The notes under the pieces were generated by a model that saw only the letters and a program-made list of their open reading frames with translations, was not told the DNA's origin and did not search any database. From an uncultured bacterium (GTDB lineage: Bacteria > Zhuqueibacterota > QNDG01 > DTFT01), in assembly GCA_963736115.1 (NCBI GenBank), contig CAVTNR010000012.1, positions 1-64,000 of the forward strand: DNA of 64,000 nt, written 5' to 3'. Of the stretch, positions 23,461 through 33,123 are shown one piece after another. The position numbers and the translations under genes are program-made. Every line of letters starts with the position of its first letter. The stretch's first letter is position 1.

Positions 23461-24180
23461 ATGAAAAACAAAGTGTTGAGCTTGTTTATTGCCATGGCTC
23501 TCGTTTCTGCATTCACCGCAGGCGCCGTATTATCGCAGGATTCTTCCGTCCAATCCCCCTGCGATTCCACGAAAGCGGCCATGCACTGCGAGAAAAAGGG
23601 CGATGACGCCTGCTGTGGAAAAATGGCTGAAGCCTGCTGCAAAGCCGCCATGACGTGCCCCGTGTCCGGCAAACCGGCGAGTAAGGAATTCTTCTCCGAG
23701 TACAAGGGCAACAAAGTGTTCTTCGGCTGCGCGGAATGCAAAGCCGCCTTTGACAAGGATCCGGAAAAATTCGCCTCCAAAATCCACGTCTGCGGCGACG
23801 GATGCAAGGCGCAGATGAAGGAACGCTGCAAAAAGCATGAGTGCAAAGGCGACAGCTGCAAAGCGGAGATGAAAAAGGAATGCTGCAAAAAGCACGGGGA
23901 CAAGGGCGAAGGCTGCAAAGGCAAGAAAATGGAACACTGCTGCAAAGCCGCCATGACCTGCCCCGTGTCCGGCAAGCCCGCGGGCAAGGAATTCTTCTCC
24001 GAGTACAAGGGCAACAAAGTGTTCTTCGGCTGCGCGGAATGCAAGGCCGCTTTCGACAAGGATCCGGAGAAATTCGCGGCAAAAATCCACGTCTGCGGAG
24101 ACGGCTGCAAGGCTGAGATGAAGAAGGAATGCGGCAAAAAGGAGAAGCAGGAGAAGGAAAAACAGGAAAAAAAGAAATAA
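23461..24180 (+). CDS. Exported Cys/Lys-rich protein with two YHS/TRASH-like domains
   Basis: Signal peptide; two copies of CPVSGKP..KEFFSEYKGNKVFFGCAECKAAFDKDPEKF; 25 Cys. Confidence 0.85.
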   Translation: MKNKVLSLFIAMALVSAFTAGAVLSQDSSVQSPCDSTKAAMHCEKKGDDACCGKMAEACCKAAMTCPVSGKPASKEFFSEYKGNKVFFGCAECKAAFDKDPEKFASKIHVCGDGCKAQMKERCKKHECKGDSCKAEMKKECCKKHGDKGEGCKGKKMEHCCKAAMTCPVSGKPAGKEFFSEYKGNKVFFGCAECKAAFDKDPEKFAAKIHVCGDGCKAEMKKECGKKEKQEKEKQEKKK

Positions 24181-24206
24181 GGGGAGGAATCCCGCATTCC
24201 GCTGTT

Positions 24207-24323
24207 TTAGAAGATTCCCCGCCGCAAGCGGCGGAGAATCTTCTAACTGTAGAGAAGAGACATCTGATATTCGCTCGCATTCCCCGCGGCAAGCCGCGGG
24301 GAATGCGTTCGCTGACAGTTTCA
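24207..24323. mobile_element. Double-hairpin palindromic element (MITE/REP-like), copy 1
   Basis: TTAGAAGATTCCCCGCCGCAAGCGGCGGAGAATCTTCTAA plus GCATTCCCCGCGGCAAGCCGCGGGGAATGC; second copy at 30670-30871. Confidence 0.7.
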
Positions 24324-24331
24324 GGCGGACT

Positions 24332-24374
24332 GAAACAAAAGGCCCCGGGGAACCAAACCCGGGGCCTTTTGTTT
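24332..24374 (+). terminator. Rho-independent, bidirectional-type terminator
   Basis: AAACAAAAGGCCCCGGGG-loop-CCCCGGGGCCTTTTGTTT. Confidence 0.8.
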
Positions 24375-24468
24375 AATCAGGATGCTCCCATTCCGGCGAC
24401 GGGTAAACATTGCTCCAGGACGTAACGCAACATCGACTTTCGGGATCAGCCGGAGAAACGGAGAGAAC

Positions 24469-26709
24469 ATGCAGAACGAAAAATGGACATTCGGAATAGA
24501 AGGTCTGCACTGCGCGGCATGCGTACGCCGCGTTGAGCAGGCGCTGAAAGCCGTGCCCGGCGTCACGGATGCGGCTGTCAACCTTGCGGTTGAGGAGGCG
24601 ACCGTGGCCGTCGATCCGAATCGGGTTCAGGCCGGTCTTTTGGAAAAGGCCGTGGCCGATTCAGGCCCGTACCGGCTGATCCGTCCGGATCCTTCTCTCT
24701 CCCCGGAATCCGCGGAAGAGGCGTCCGAAGCGCGGAAACGGGAGGAAATCCGTCTCCTGAAGCGCCGAACGGCGGCCGGCGCGGTTCTCTCGATCCTGAT
24801 CATGGCGCTTTCCATGGGGCATTCATGGCCGCTGCTGAACCGGCTTCCCCATGCAGCGACCGGCCCTGCCGCATGGGCATTGACGACCGTTCTACTCGCC
24901 TGGATCGGATCCGGTTTCTTCAGGGACGCCTGGTCCGCGGCCCGCCGCCGCACTTCGGACATGAACACGCTGGTCGCGGTCGGCATGGGTTCCGCCTATG
25001 TCTACTCCACGCTTGCGCTGATCTTTCCCGGATGGTTCGTATCGGGAGACGGCCTGCCGCCCCTGTATTTCGACACCGCGGGCATGATCATCACCTTCGT
25101 CCTGCTGGGCCGGACTCTGGAGACAGTCGCCCGTCGCCGGACCTCCGAGGCCATGGCCGGACTGGTCCGCCTGCGGCCGCCGACGGCCCGGGTGAGCCGG
25201 AACGGATTGGAGACCGACATACCCGCCGACCGGGTCCGGATCGGAGACATGATCGTGGTCCGCCCGGGCGAACGCGTGCCTGTGGACGGCCGGATTCTGG
25301 ACGGCCGCTCCTCGGTCGACGAGTCGCTCATGACCGGCGAATCCCTGCCTGTCGAAAAAAAGGCCGGAGATCCGGTGACCGGCGGCACGCTCAACGGTTC
25401 CGGCGGTTTCCGGATGACCGCGACCGCGGTCGGTCGGGACACCGTGCTGGCGCGCATGATCCGCATGGTCCGTGAGGCCCAGGCCTCCAAACCGGCTGTT
25501 CAGCGCCTGGCCGACAGGGTCGCATCCGTTTTCGTGCCCACGGTCATGGCCACGGCCGCGGTGACGCTGGCTGTGTGGCTGGCCGTGGGCCGGCCGTTTT
25601 CAGAAGGCCTGACCGCATTCATCTCCGTACTGATCATCGCCTGTCCCTGCGCGATGGGAATCGCCACGCCAGCCGCGGTTACGGTCGCATCGGGCGCTGC
25701 CGCGCGACAGGGCATACTCATCCGGAACGCGGAAATACTCGAAACCGCCGGACGGACGGGCATCGTGGTGTTTGACAAGACGGGCACCGTCACCGAGGGC
25801 CGGCCTAAGGTGACAGCCGTTTTCGCGGCGGCCGGATGGAGCGAAACGGAAGTTCTGGAAACAGCCGCCTCTGCGGAGAGCCGGTCCGAACACCCGCTCG
25901 CGGCCGCGGTTCTGGAAGAGGCGAAGAACCGGGGGATTCGGACGTCCCCGGCGGAATCCTTCGAAGCTCTGCCCGGGCTCGGCGCATCAGCAATGATCCA
26001 CGGCCGGAGAATCCTGATCGGCAGTCCCAGGCTCCTGCAGGACGCCGGAGTCAATCCGGCTCCTCTCATGAAATCCATCGATGCGTGGACCGGATCCGGC
26101 ATGACCGTGATGGCACTGGCCGTGGACGGCCGTCCTTCGGGCGCGATCGCTGTTTCGGATCCCGTGAAGCCGGACGCCGCCGCATCCGTGGCCGCCCTGA
26201 CCGCGGCGGGCATCCGTACCGTGCTGATCTCCGGTGACAACCGGCGGACCACCGGGACCGTGGGACGCGCCATCGGCGTGGACGAGATCCTGGCCGAAGT
26301 CATGCCCGGCCAAAAGGCGGAGGAAGTGAAGCGGCTTCAGAAGCGCGGCGCCACGGTGGTCATGGTCGGGGACGGCATCAATGACGCGCCCGCTCTCGCG
26401 AGTGCGGACGTCGGCATCGCCATGGGCTCCGGCGCGGATGCAGCCGCGGATGCCGCGGATGTCACGCTGATCGCAGGCGGCCTGTCGGCGGTTCACCAGA
26501 CCATCCGACTGTCGGCCCGGACGCTCCGGATCATACGGCAGAACCTGTTCTGGGCATTCGCCTATAACACGGTCGGGATACCGGTGGCCGCCGGCCTGCT
26601 GGTCCCGGTTTTCGGGATCCAGATGAACCCGGCCCTGGCCGCCCTGGCCATGTCCCTGAGTTCGGTCTCGGTGGTGCTGAATTCCCTCAGGCTGAAGAAA
26701 GCGGTCTGA
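24469..26709 (+). CDS. copA: Cu(I)-translocating P1B-type ATPase
   Basis: HMA GLHCAAC; TGES; CPC; DKTGT; HP; GDGINDAP; YN and MSLSS transmembrane metal ligands. Confidence 0.93.
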   Translation: MQNEKWTFGIEGLHCAACVRRVEQALKAVPGVTDAAVNLAVEEATVAVDPNRVQAGLLEKAVADSGPYRLIRPDPSLSPESAEEASEARKREEIRLLKRRTAAGAVLSILIMALSMGHSWPLLNRLPHAATGPAAWALTTVLLAWIGSGFFRDAWSAARRRTSDMNTLVAVGMGSAYVYSTLALIFPGWFVSGDGLPPLYFDTAGMIITFVLLGRTLETVARRRTSEAMAGLVRLRPPTARVSRNGLETDIPADRVRIGDMIVVRPGERVPVDGRILDGRSSVDESLMTGESLPVEKKAGDPVTGGTLNGSGGFRMTATAVGRDTVLARMIRMVREAQASKPAVQRLADRVASVFVPTVMATAAVTLAVWLAVGRPFSEGLTAFISVLIIACPCAMGIATPAAVTVASGAAARQGILIRNAEILETAGRTGIVVFDKTGTVTEGRPKVTAVFAAAGWSETEVLETAASAESRSEHPLAAAVLEEAKNRGIRTSPAESFEALPGLGASAMIHGRRILIGSPRLLQDAGVNPAPLMKSIDAWTGSGMTVMALAVDGRPSGAIAVSDPVKPDAAASVAALTAAGIRTVLISGDNRRTTGTVGRAIGVDEILAEVMPGQKAEEVKRLQKRGATVVMVGDGINDAPALASADVGIAMGSGADAAADAADVTLIAGGLSAVHQTIRLSARTLRIIRQNLFWAFAYNTVGIPVAAGLLVPVFGIQMNPALAALAMSLSSVSVVLNSLRLKKAV

Positions 26710-26831
26710 TGCCGGGCTGAGGTTCGGGTCCGAAGGCCGGTGGACACGCCTGCGTCCGGCCGGCGGCCACCGGCTCGCGCGCCCTCTGGAATCCGGTTGA
26801 CACAGCCGCGACCGCGCCGGCTGAATACCGG

Positions 26832-26860
26832 TTGACATTGTTCCGATTCCTTCTTATACT
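26832..26860 (+). promoter_or_regulatory. Near-consensus sigma70 promoter
   Basis: TTGACA-N17-TATACT. Confidence 0.75.
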
Positions 26861-27073
26861 TCTGTCATCATTCCCACCGGCGTTTTCGCCACAGTCATTC
26901 GAACCGCTCGGTCCTATTCCGGGAAATATCCGTTTCCGGGCCGGACGAACCGCCGCGCCGGTCAATCACGACCCATTCCATATCGGGAGGGCGGCCGCTG
27001 AGTCGCATGCGACTCAGGCGCGCCGACGGGTGCCATGGAGGATTTCTTTTCACCTCCAGCGCAGGAGCTTCCG

Positions 27074-27688
27074 ATGAAGGTCGTCATTTTCGGCTCAGAC
27101 GGCAAGACCGGTCATCATCTGATCCGTGTCGCCCTTTCCAGGCGCCATCAGGTCACCGCTTTCGTCCGCGACCGATCCGGCCTGCTGGTGGATTACAGCC
27201 GCCTCCGCGTCGTGGAAGGGGATGCGCTTGATCCCAAGGCCGTGGACCGGGCGATGAAAGGGCAGGAAGCCGTGCTGTGCGCGCTTGCCGGGTCCGGGAA
27301 CGCGGCCGACGGCGTTCTCTCCAGGGGAACGGCCAACATAGTGGAAGCGATGCGCCGCCACCGCGTCCGGCGGCTGGTCTGCCTGTCCGAAGCCGGCGTG
27401 CTGGGGGGCGACTCCGCCTCCATCCTGCCGGGATTCCGGATTCCTTTCCTGGGCAGAAAACGCTTTGCGGACATGCGGCGTCAGGCGGCGGAAATCAGGG
27501 ACAGCGGCCTGGACTGGATTCTCGTGCGGCCGCCCCGGCTGACCGATGAACCCCTCAAGGGACGTTATGAAATTTCACTCAAGCGTCCGAAACACCGCAC
27601 CATCACCCGCCTCGATCTCGCCATCTTCATGGTGAACCAGCTCCGCAGCAAGGAATTCGTCCGCAAGATGCCCGCGGTGTCGAACTGA
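27074..27688 (+). CDS. NAD(P)H-binding flavin reductase / BVR-B-like SDR
   Basis: VVIFGSDGKTG; VTAFVRD; VVEGDALD; SGLDWILVRPPRL; ITRLDLA. Confidence 0.88.
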   Translation: MKVVIFGSDGKTGHHLIRVALSRRHQVTAFVRDRSGLLVDYSRLRVVEGDALDPKAVDRAMKGQEAVLCALAGSGNAADGVLSRGTANIVEAMRRHRVRRLVCLSEAGVLGGDSASILPGFRIPFLGRKRFADMRRQAAEIRDSGLDWILVRPPRLTDEPLKGRYEISLKRPKHRTITRLDLAIFMVNQLRSKEFVRKMPAVSN

Positions 27689-27718
27689 CGGCCGCGGCCG
27701 GCTTGCCCGATCGAACCC

Positions 27719-28603
27719 ATGGATACACCTGTCGTTCTCGTCATCGGCTCCGCCACGCTCGACGTGGTCTCCTTCGACGGAAGATCGCGCCGCAAGCTCG
27801 GCGGCGTGGCGACGTACGCCGGCGTGACGTTCCGCAGGCACGGCCTTGACACCGCCGTGGCCGCCAATGTCGCGGCCGCGGACGTTCCCAGGTTCCGGCT
27901 CTACACGGACGAGGGTCTGTTCTGGACGAACGGACCGACCCCGACCACCACGCGTTTCATCAACCGCGAAACCGGGGCAGGCCGCGTGCAGGAAATGCCG
28001 TCCGCCGCGGATCCCATCCGGTGCGACACCTGGCTTGCGGAACGGCCCGCCATCCGTCACGTGCACCTCGGCCCCCTGCATCCCGACGACATCCATCCGG
28101 ACACGCTGTCCCTCGCCGCGAGCGGCCGGTATTTCGTCTCTCTGGACGTGCAGGGTTATGTGCGCGGCATTGCGGCCGGCAGGATCGTGCCTCGCGTCTC
28201 GGACCGGCTCGAAACAGCGCTGGCCGCGGCGGACGCGGTCAAGGCCGACGAAACGGAATGGGATCTCATTCTCGCGCATTTCGGATCGGACACAGCCTGT
28301 CTTCGGTCCAGGCTGGGTTTCGGCGAACTGCTCCTCACGGCCGGGGCCAGAGGCGGACGGCTGATCGGCCGCGACGGGTCCGTCATCGATTACGCACCGG
28401 TCCCCGTCCCGCCTGAACGGATCGAAGATCCCACGGGCGCGGGCGACGTATTCTTCGCCGCCTATCTGTCCGGCCGGCATCATGAAGGATGGACGGAACA
28501 GGAGTCGCTGTCCCACGCGGCCCGCATCGCGGCCCTGCATGTGACCGGGGAATACCTGACTCCGGCGTCGCTGTCGGCGGAAACCGAACCCACCGGAGGA
28601 TGA
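27719..28603 (+). CDS. PfkB-family carbohydrate kinase
   Basis: LGGVATYAG; LTAGARGG; DPTGAGDVFFAAY. Confidence 0.88.
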   Translation: MDTPVVLVIGSATLDVVSFDGRSRRKLGGVATYAGVTFRRHGLDTAVAANVAAADVPRFRLYTDEGLFWTNGPTPTTTRFINRETGAGRVQEMPSAADPIRCDTWLAERPAIRHVHLGPLHPDDIHPDTLSLAASGRYFVSLDVQGYVRGIAAGRIVPRVSDRLETALAAADAVKADETEWDLILAHFGSDTACLRSRLGFGELLLTAGARGGRLIGRDGSVIDYAPVPVPPERIEDPTGAGDVFFAAYLSGRHHEGWTEQESLSHAARIAALHVTGEYLTPASLSAETEPTGG

Positions 28604-29499
28604 CCGTCATGATTTCTTTTCAGCAACTGCTTTTTCCCGCTGCGGTTGCGATCGCGACTGCGGCCGGAACCGGCCCGCAGGCACGCAATCCCATACTTCC
28701 CGATTTTCACGCCGACCCCTCGGCGCATGAATGGGACGGCCGGATGTGGATTTATCCGTCGCACGACCTCCCGGGCAGCACCGGGTGGGATATGGTGGAC
28801 TGGCACTGTTTCTCGTCAGCGGATATGATTCATTGGACCGATCACGGCGTCATTTTTTCCCTCAAGGACGTCTCCTGGGCGGACCGATGGGCCTGGGCGC
28901 CGGACTGCGTGCGACGGAACGGCCGGACTTATTTTTATTTCACGGCCGACGACCAGATCGGAGTGGCGGTTGCCGACAGGCCCGAAGGCCCTTTTCGGGA
29001 CGCGCTGGGCCGTCCGCTCATCGGCCGGGGGGAAACCGGCACCCGCGTCATGGATCCGGCCGTGTTCATTGACGACGACGGCCGGGCGTACCTGTACTTC
29101 GGCCAGAACGAGGCTCGGGTCGTCCGACTGAAAGACGACATGGTCTCGTTCGACGGGCCCGTTCTGCCGCTGGCGGTGCAGGACTTTCACGAGGGAATTT
29201 GGATGCACAAACGGAAGGGTGTTTATTATCTGTCGTACTGCTCCCTGAGCGGCGACGGGGAACTCAAGAATCGGATGGAATATGCGACTTCGGATTCTCC
29301 GCTCGGCCCCTTCGTCCATCGGGGGCTCATCATCGACAACCGGTCCAGGAACGTGCACGGATCCATCGCCCCTTTCCGGGGCGAGTGGTACTTGTTCTAC
29401 CACGTCCAGGGGCCGAGCTGGTACGAACGCCGCGTGTGCATGGAGAAGATCCGCTACCGGAAGGACGGGACGATACGGGAAGTGCGGATGACGAGATAA
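28600..29499 (+). CDS. Glycoside hydrolase family 43 (xylosidase/arabinofuranosidase type)
   Basis: NPIL...ADPSA; WAPD; MDPAVFIDDDG; FHEG; YYLSY. Confidence 0.92.
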   Translation: MTVMISFQQLLFPAAVAIATAAGTGPQARNPILPDFHADPSAHEWDGRMWIYPSHDLPGSTGWDMVDWHCFSSADMIHWTDHGVIFSLKDVSWADRWAWAPDCVRRNGRTYFYFTADDQIGVAVADRPEGPFRDALGRPLIGRGETGTRVMDPAVFIDDDGRAYLYFGQNEARVVRLKDDMVSFDGPVLPLAVQDFHEGIWMHKRKGVYYLSYCSLSGDGELKNRMEYATSDSPLGPFVHRGLIIDNRSRNVHGSIAPFRGEWYLFYHVQGPSWYERRVCMEKIRYRKDGTIREVRMTR

Positions 29500-29584
29500 A
29501 AAACAATCTCGGATCAACGATTGCGGAACATGAGCGTCTGGTTCAATTTTGACGGCCCGGGACACCGAAGATCCCGGGCCGTTC

Positions 29585-30592
29585 TCACTCCTCCGCCAGC
29601 GCGGCCATGCTGCGCTCGCACTCGGCCAGCGCGCGGGCCGCTGCCGCCGAATCTTCAGCGGCGGCATGAACCAGCCTGTCGCGGAGTCGCGTCTGATGTG
29701 ACTGAAGGTATGCGAGGAGTTTGGATCGATCCACCTGGGCTTTGTATTCGTACACAGGGTTGAGGCGGTTCAGGCGGCTCATTTCGACCGGCATGGCGCC
29801 GACCGGAGTGACAAGCATCAGCAAGTTTTGAGGAGAAATTTTCTTCCGCGTCAGAAAGCCCTTGGAAACCAAAAATTCCAGTTCCCGGTTGTAAAGCGAG
29901 GCGGTCATCGGTTTGCCCGGATCCAGGTCGAGGTACAGGTCTTTTTGCGTGGGCTTCTGCTTCCGGTACACGGACGCCATGGCCCGCACCTGGACCTCAC
30001 TGGGCATGAAATCAAAACGCACCGGATTCTTCTCGGGCTTGGGCTGAGGGGCATCCGGGCGGAAAACATCGGCGAGACCGGACTTTTTCCGCATCATCTC
30101 CCCGGCCGCGTCCGCGGGCGGCCGGATTCCCGAGAAATCCCATCCCGATTTCCACCAGTCCCGGACATGCGCCGCTGCCGCGCTGTCCGCGGCCGCGGAA
30201 CCGGCGTAAGGCCGCCTGTAAACGGGCCCGGCCACCGGAACATAACGGCTCCCGGATCGGGCCTTCCAAGCCGGGAAACGGCCCGATCCGTCCGTTTCAT
30301 CGGATGTTCCGGACTGCGCATTCCCCCGTTCCTCTCCCCCGTTTTCATGTCCCGGGCCGCCTCCGGAGATAATTTCAGACGCTTCCGGGGAAATGGTCCC
30401 CGAGCCGGTTCGCGCCGGTTTGCCCGCCGCCGCGGACTGCGCACCTTCCGGAATGAGATTGACCTCGGTGTAGAGCGCAAGCAGCGGGCCTGCAGAAGGG
30501 TCCTGCCCGGGTGTCCATATCCGGGATACGAGTAAAAAGACAAGAATGTGCGCGCCCAGGGAAATCAGAAAGGCGGATGATAGTCGTCTCAT
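29585..30592 (-). CDS. Hypothetical membrane-anchored protein
   Basis: N-terminal TM with S...H (TonB-like anchor), low-complexity linker, possible winged-helix-like C-terminal domain. Confidence 0.6.
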   Translation of the reverse strand: MRRLSSAFLISLGAHILVFLLVSRIWTPGQDPSAGPLLALYTEVNLIPEGAQSAAAGKPARTGSGTISPEASEIISGGGPGHENGGEERGNAQSGTSDETDGSGRFPAWKARSGSRYVPVAGPVYRRPYAGSAAADSAAAAHVRDWWKSGWDFSGIRPPADAAGEMMRKKSGLADVFRPDAPQPKPEKNPVRFDFMPSEVQVRAMASVYRKQKPTQKDLYLDLDPGKPMTASLYNRELEFLVSKGFLTRKKISPQNLLMLVTPVGAMPVEMSRLNRLNPVYEYKAQVDRSKLLAYLQSHQTRLRDRLVHAAAEDSAAAARALAECERSMAALAEE

Positions 30593-30669
30593 GCGGCATC
30601 GTTCTTTACTTTTGTACGATGCCGCCGTTGAGAGGTTCCGTATGGAATGAAGCTTCCAGCGGCCCGGAT

Positions 30670-30871
30670 TGAAGCTCCCCGCCGCCCGCTGCGCGGGACC
30701 AAGCTATTATGTGCCTTCTGTTTGAAGGCAAGCGGCGGGCCTTCAATAGTGAAAGAATCAAATAACTTGGTGCCGCTTTGCGGCGAATCTTCTATCTGTA
30801 GAGAAGAGACATCTGATACTCGCTCGCTAACCCCGCGGCAAGCCGCGGGGAATGCGCTCGCTGACGATTCA
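30670..30871. mobile_element. Double-hairpin palindromic element, copy 2, with a ~100-bp IR-bounded segment in its left arm
   Basis: Shares GAATCTTCTA.CTGTAGAGAAGAGACATCTGATA.TCGCTCGC....CCCCGCGGCAAGCCGCGGGGAATGCG.TCGCTGAC with copy 1. Confidence 0.7.
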
Positions 30872-30900
30872 CTGCCGGCCCGGCTCCGCCTCCCGCCTGC

Positions 30901-31494
30901 TCATCCCGGAAAGCATTGATCCACGAGGCGTTCCGCCAAGGACAGCCATTCCCGCCTCTGCTCCGGCGTGCTCGTCGCCACGACACGGAACGTCTCCAGA
31001 CGAACATCGGACACGCCGCACAGCCCGAAAATGCAGTTCCGCCAGAGGGTGTTCAGGGGATCCCCGAACACCGACGCCTCCCTTTCCGACGGGGTGTTGG
31101 ATGTCATGAATATGAGAGCGGCCCTCGCTTTCAGCAGGCCTTCGGGAATGCCTTCCCCCGTGTCCCCCTCCAAAAAACGGTACGCGACTCCGGGCCTCAG
31201 GATCCGGTCGATCCAGCCTTTCAAAACAGCCGGCGGCTGACCCCACCAGTTGGGATGGACGACGACGATACCATCCGCCTCCGCGATTTCCCTGCAATGG
31301 AGTGCCACGGCGTCGGGCAGGACCGCACCCTTCGGGATCTCGCCCGCTGGCAGCGCTGGATCGAATCCCTCCATGCAAAGGTCATGGAAACGGACGCGAT
31401 ACCCGTTCCGGCGAAGAACACGGACGGACGCGGAAGCGACGGCGTGGTTGAAGCTCCCGGGATCCGGATGACCGAGCAGAACGGAAATAGTCAT
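30901..31494 (-). CDS. NAD(P)H dehydrogenase (quinone), flavodoxin-like fold
   Basis: LGHPDPGSFNHA; HPNWWGQPPAVLKGWIDR. Confidence 0.9.
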   Translation of the reverse strand: MTISVLLGHPDPGSFNHAVASASVRVLRRNGYRVRFHDLCMEGFDPALPAGEIPKGAVLPDAVALHCREIAEADGIVVVHPNWWGQPPAVLKGWIDRILRPGVAYRFLEGDTGEGIPEGLLKARAALIFMTSNTPSEREASVFGDPLNTLWRNCIFGLCGVSDVRLETFRVVATSTPEQRREWLSLAERLVDQCFPG

Positions 31495-31497
31495 CAC

Positions 31498-32721
31498 TCA
31501 GCCTTTCAGTATCCCCAGCTCCTTCGCCCCGGCCACCAGCGTGTCGGCGCAGATAGCCAGGTCCTCCCGTGAATGGCAGGCCAGCACCGCCGCCCTCAGC
31601 CGCGCCCGGCCCTTCGGGACGGTCGGGTAGTAAATCGCGTGTATGAACACGCCGTGCTGCTGGCAGTAACGCGCCAGGTAGGCCGTATTCTCGGTATCGT
31701 GGCACATCACGGGAACGATCGGCGTTTCGGTGAGGCCCAGATCGAATCCGGCCTCGGACAGGAGGCCCTTGAAATACGCGGCGTTCTCGTGCAGTTTCCG
31801 GATCCGCCAGGGCTCCTCCTGGATCAGTCGGATGCCGGCGATGGCCGAGGCGATGACGCCGGCCGAAGGGGCGCCCGAATACACGAACCCCCGCGCGGCA
31901 TGTTTCAGGAAAGTGCAGAGATCCGCGCTCCCCGCAATGTATCCCCCCGTGCTCGGAATGGCCTTGCTGAGCGTGCCCATTTTGACGTCGATTGTGTCGG
32001 GCGGCATGCCGAAATGCTCCTCGATGCCCGATCCGCCTTCGCCGAGCACACCCGTGGAATGCGCCTCGTCCACCATCAGGTAGGCGCCGTATTCGCGGCA
32101 GAGCCGGTGTATGCCGGGCAAATCCGCGATGTCGCCGTCCATGCTGAACACGCCGTCCACGATCACCAGTTTCTTCGGCCGGTCCCGGTTCTCCCGGAGC
32201 CGGTGCTCGAGCGAGGCCATGTCGTTGTGCAGATACCGGACGAACTCCGCCTGGGACGACAGGCAGCCGTCGATGACGCTGGCATGGTTCATCTTGTCGC
32301 AGATCACGACATCTCCCTTGCGCAGAAGCGTGGAGATGGCGGCCACATTGGCGACGTAACCGGTGGAAAAGGTGACCGCGGCTTCGGTTTTTTTCAGGCT
32401 GGCGATTTCCGTTTCGAGCCGGTTGTGCAGATCGAGCGTGCCGGCCAGAAGGCGCGACCCGTGCGTGCCCGTGCCGAACCGGTCAATCGCCTCCTTGGCC
32501 GCCCTGCAGATGGCCGGATGCTGATCGAGGCCGAGATAGGAGTAACTTCCCAGCATGATCATGTCCCCGAATCCCTCGACCGTCACGTGTCCGTCGGGCC
32601 TGACTTCGGTGACGGGCTGAAGCCAGAAATACAGACCGTTTTTCTTGAATTCCTCGATGGAGAGAAAGGCATCCGGATGGATTCGAGCGATTTCCGTGTT
32701 GAGATCTTCGACGAGCGGCAT
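31498..32721 (-). CDS. PLP-dependent alpha-oxoamine synthase (AONS/SPT/KBL family)
   Basis: GSYSYLGL; GSRLLAGT; NHAS; DGVFSMDGD; DEAHS; GTLSKA; RBS AAGGAG before ATG at 32721. Confidence 0.9.
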   Translation of the reverse strand: MPLVEDLNTEIARIHPDAFLSIEEFKKNGLYFWLQPVTEVRPDGHVTVEGFGDMIMLGSYSYLGLDQHPAICRAAKEAIDRFGTGTHGSRLLAGTLDLHNRLETEIASLKKTEAAVTFSTGYVANVAAISTLLRKGDVVICDKMNHASVIDGCLSSQAEFVRYLHNDMASLEHRLRENRDRPKKLVIVDGVFSMDGDIADLPGIHRLCREYGAYLMVDEAHSTGVLGEGGSGIEEHFGMPPDTIDVKMGTLSKAIPSTGGYIAGSADLCTFLKHAARGFVYSGAPSAGVIASAIAGIRLIQEEPWRIRKLHENAAYFKGLLSEAGFDLGLTETPIVPVMCHDTENTAYLARYCQQHGVFIHAIYYPTVPKGRARLRAAVLACHSREDLAICADTLVAGAKELGILKG

Positions 32722-33123
32722 GGGGAGTCTCCTTTCCGCGGGCAAGGTGGGGGGATCGGGTGCGAAAGGAAATCTTATTTCTTGCTTCAGTTGCTGCCGG
32801 GTGAGCGGCACGGATACGAATTGATCACATGATCAGTAGAATGATAAATAGAATTTTATTCATATGCAAACGAAAAATGACCTTTTCGAAATCAGTTGTT
32901 TCGGAATAATCCCAAGTTTGGCGGGATGTGATCGGATAGGATGCCCGCCTTTCCTCCCGGGCCGGAAACACCGGTTTTGGAAACATTTAAACCGTTTTTT
33001 CAGCTTGAAATTGTGATTTTCCTTTATTAACATCCGACATGCCAGGCCCGGCGGCTTTTTCCCTGCTCGTCCGCCGAAGAGCCTTCCTCGACACATCGTC
33101 ACGGGTCACCGTGGGAGGAACCG

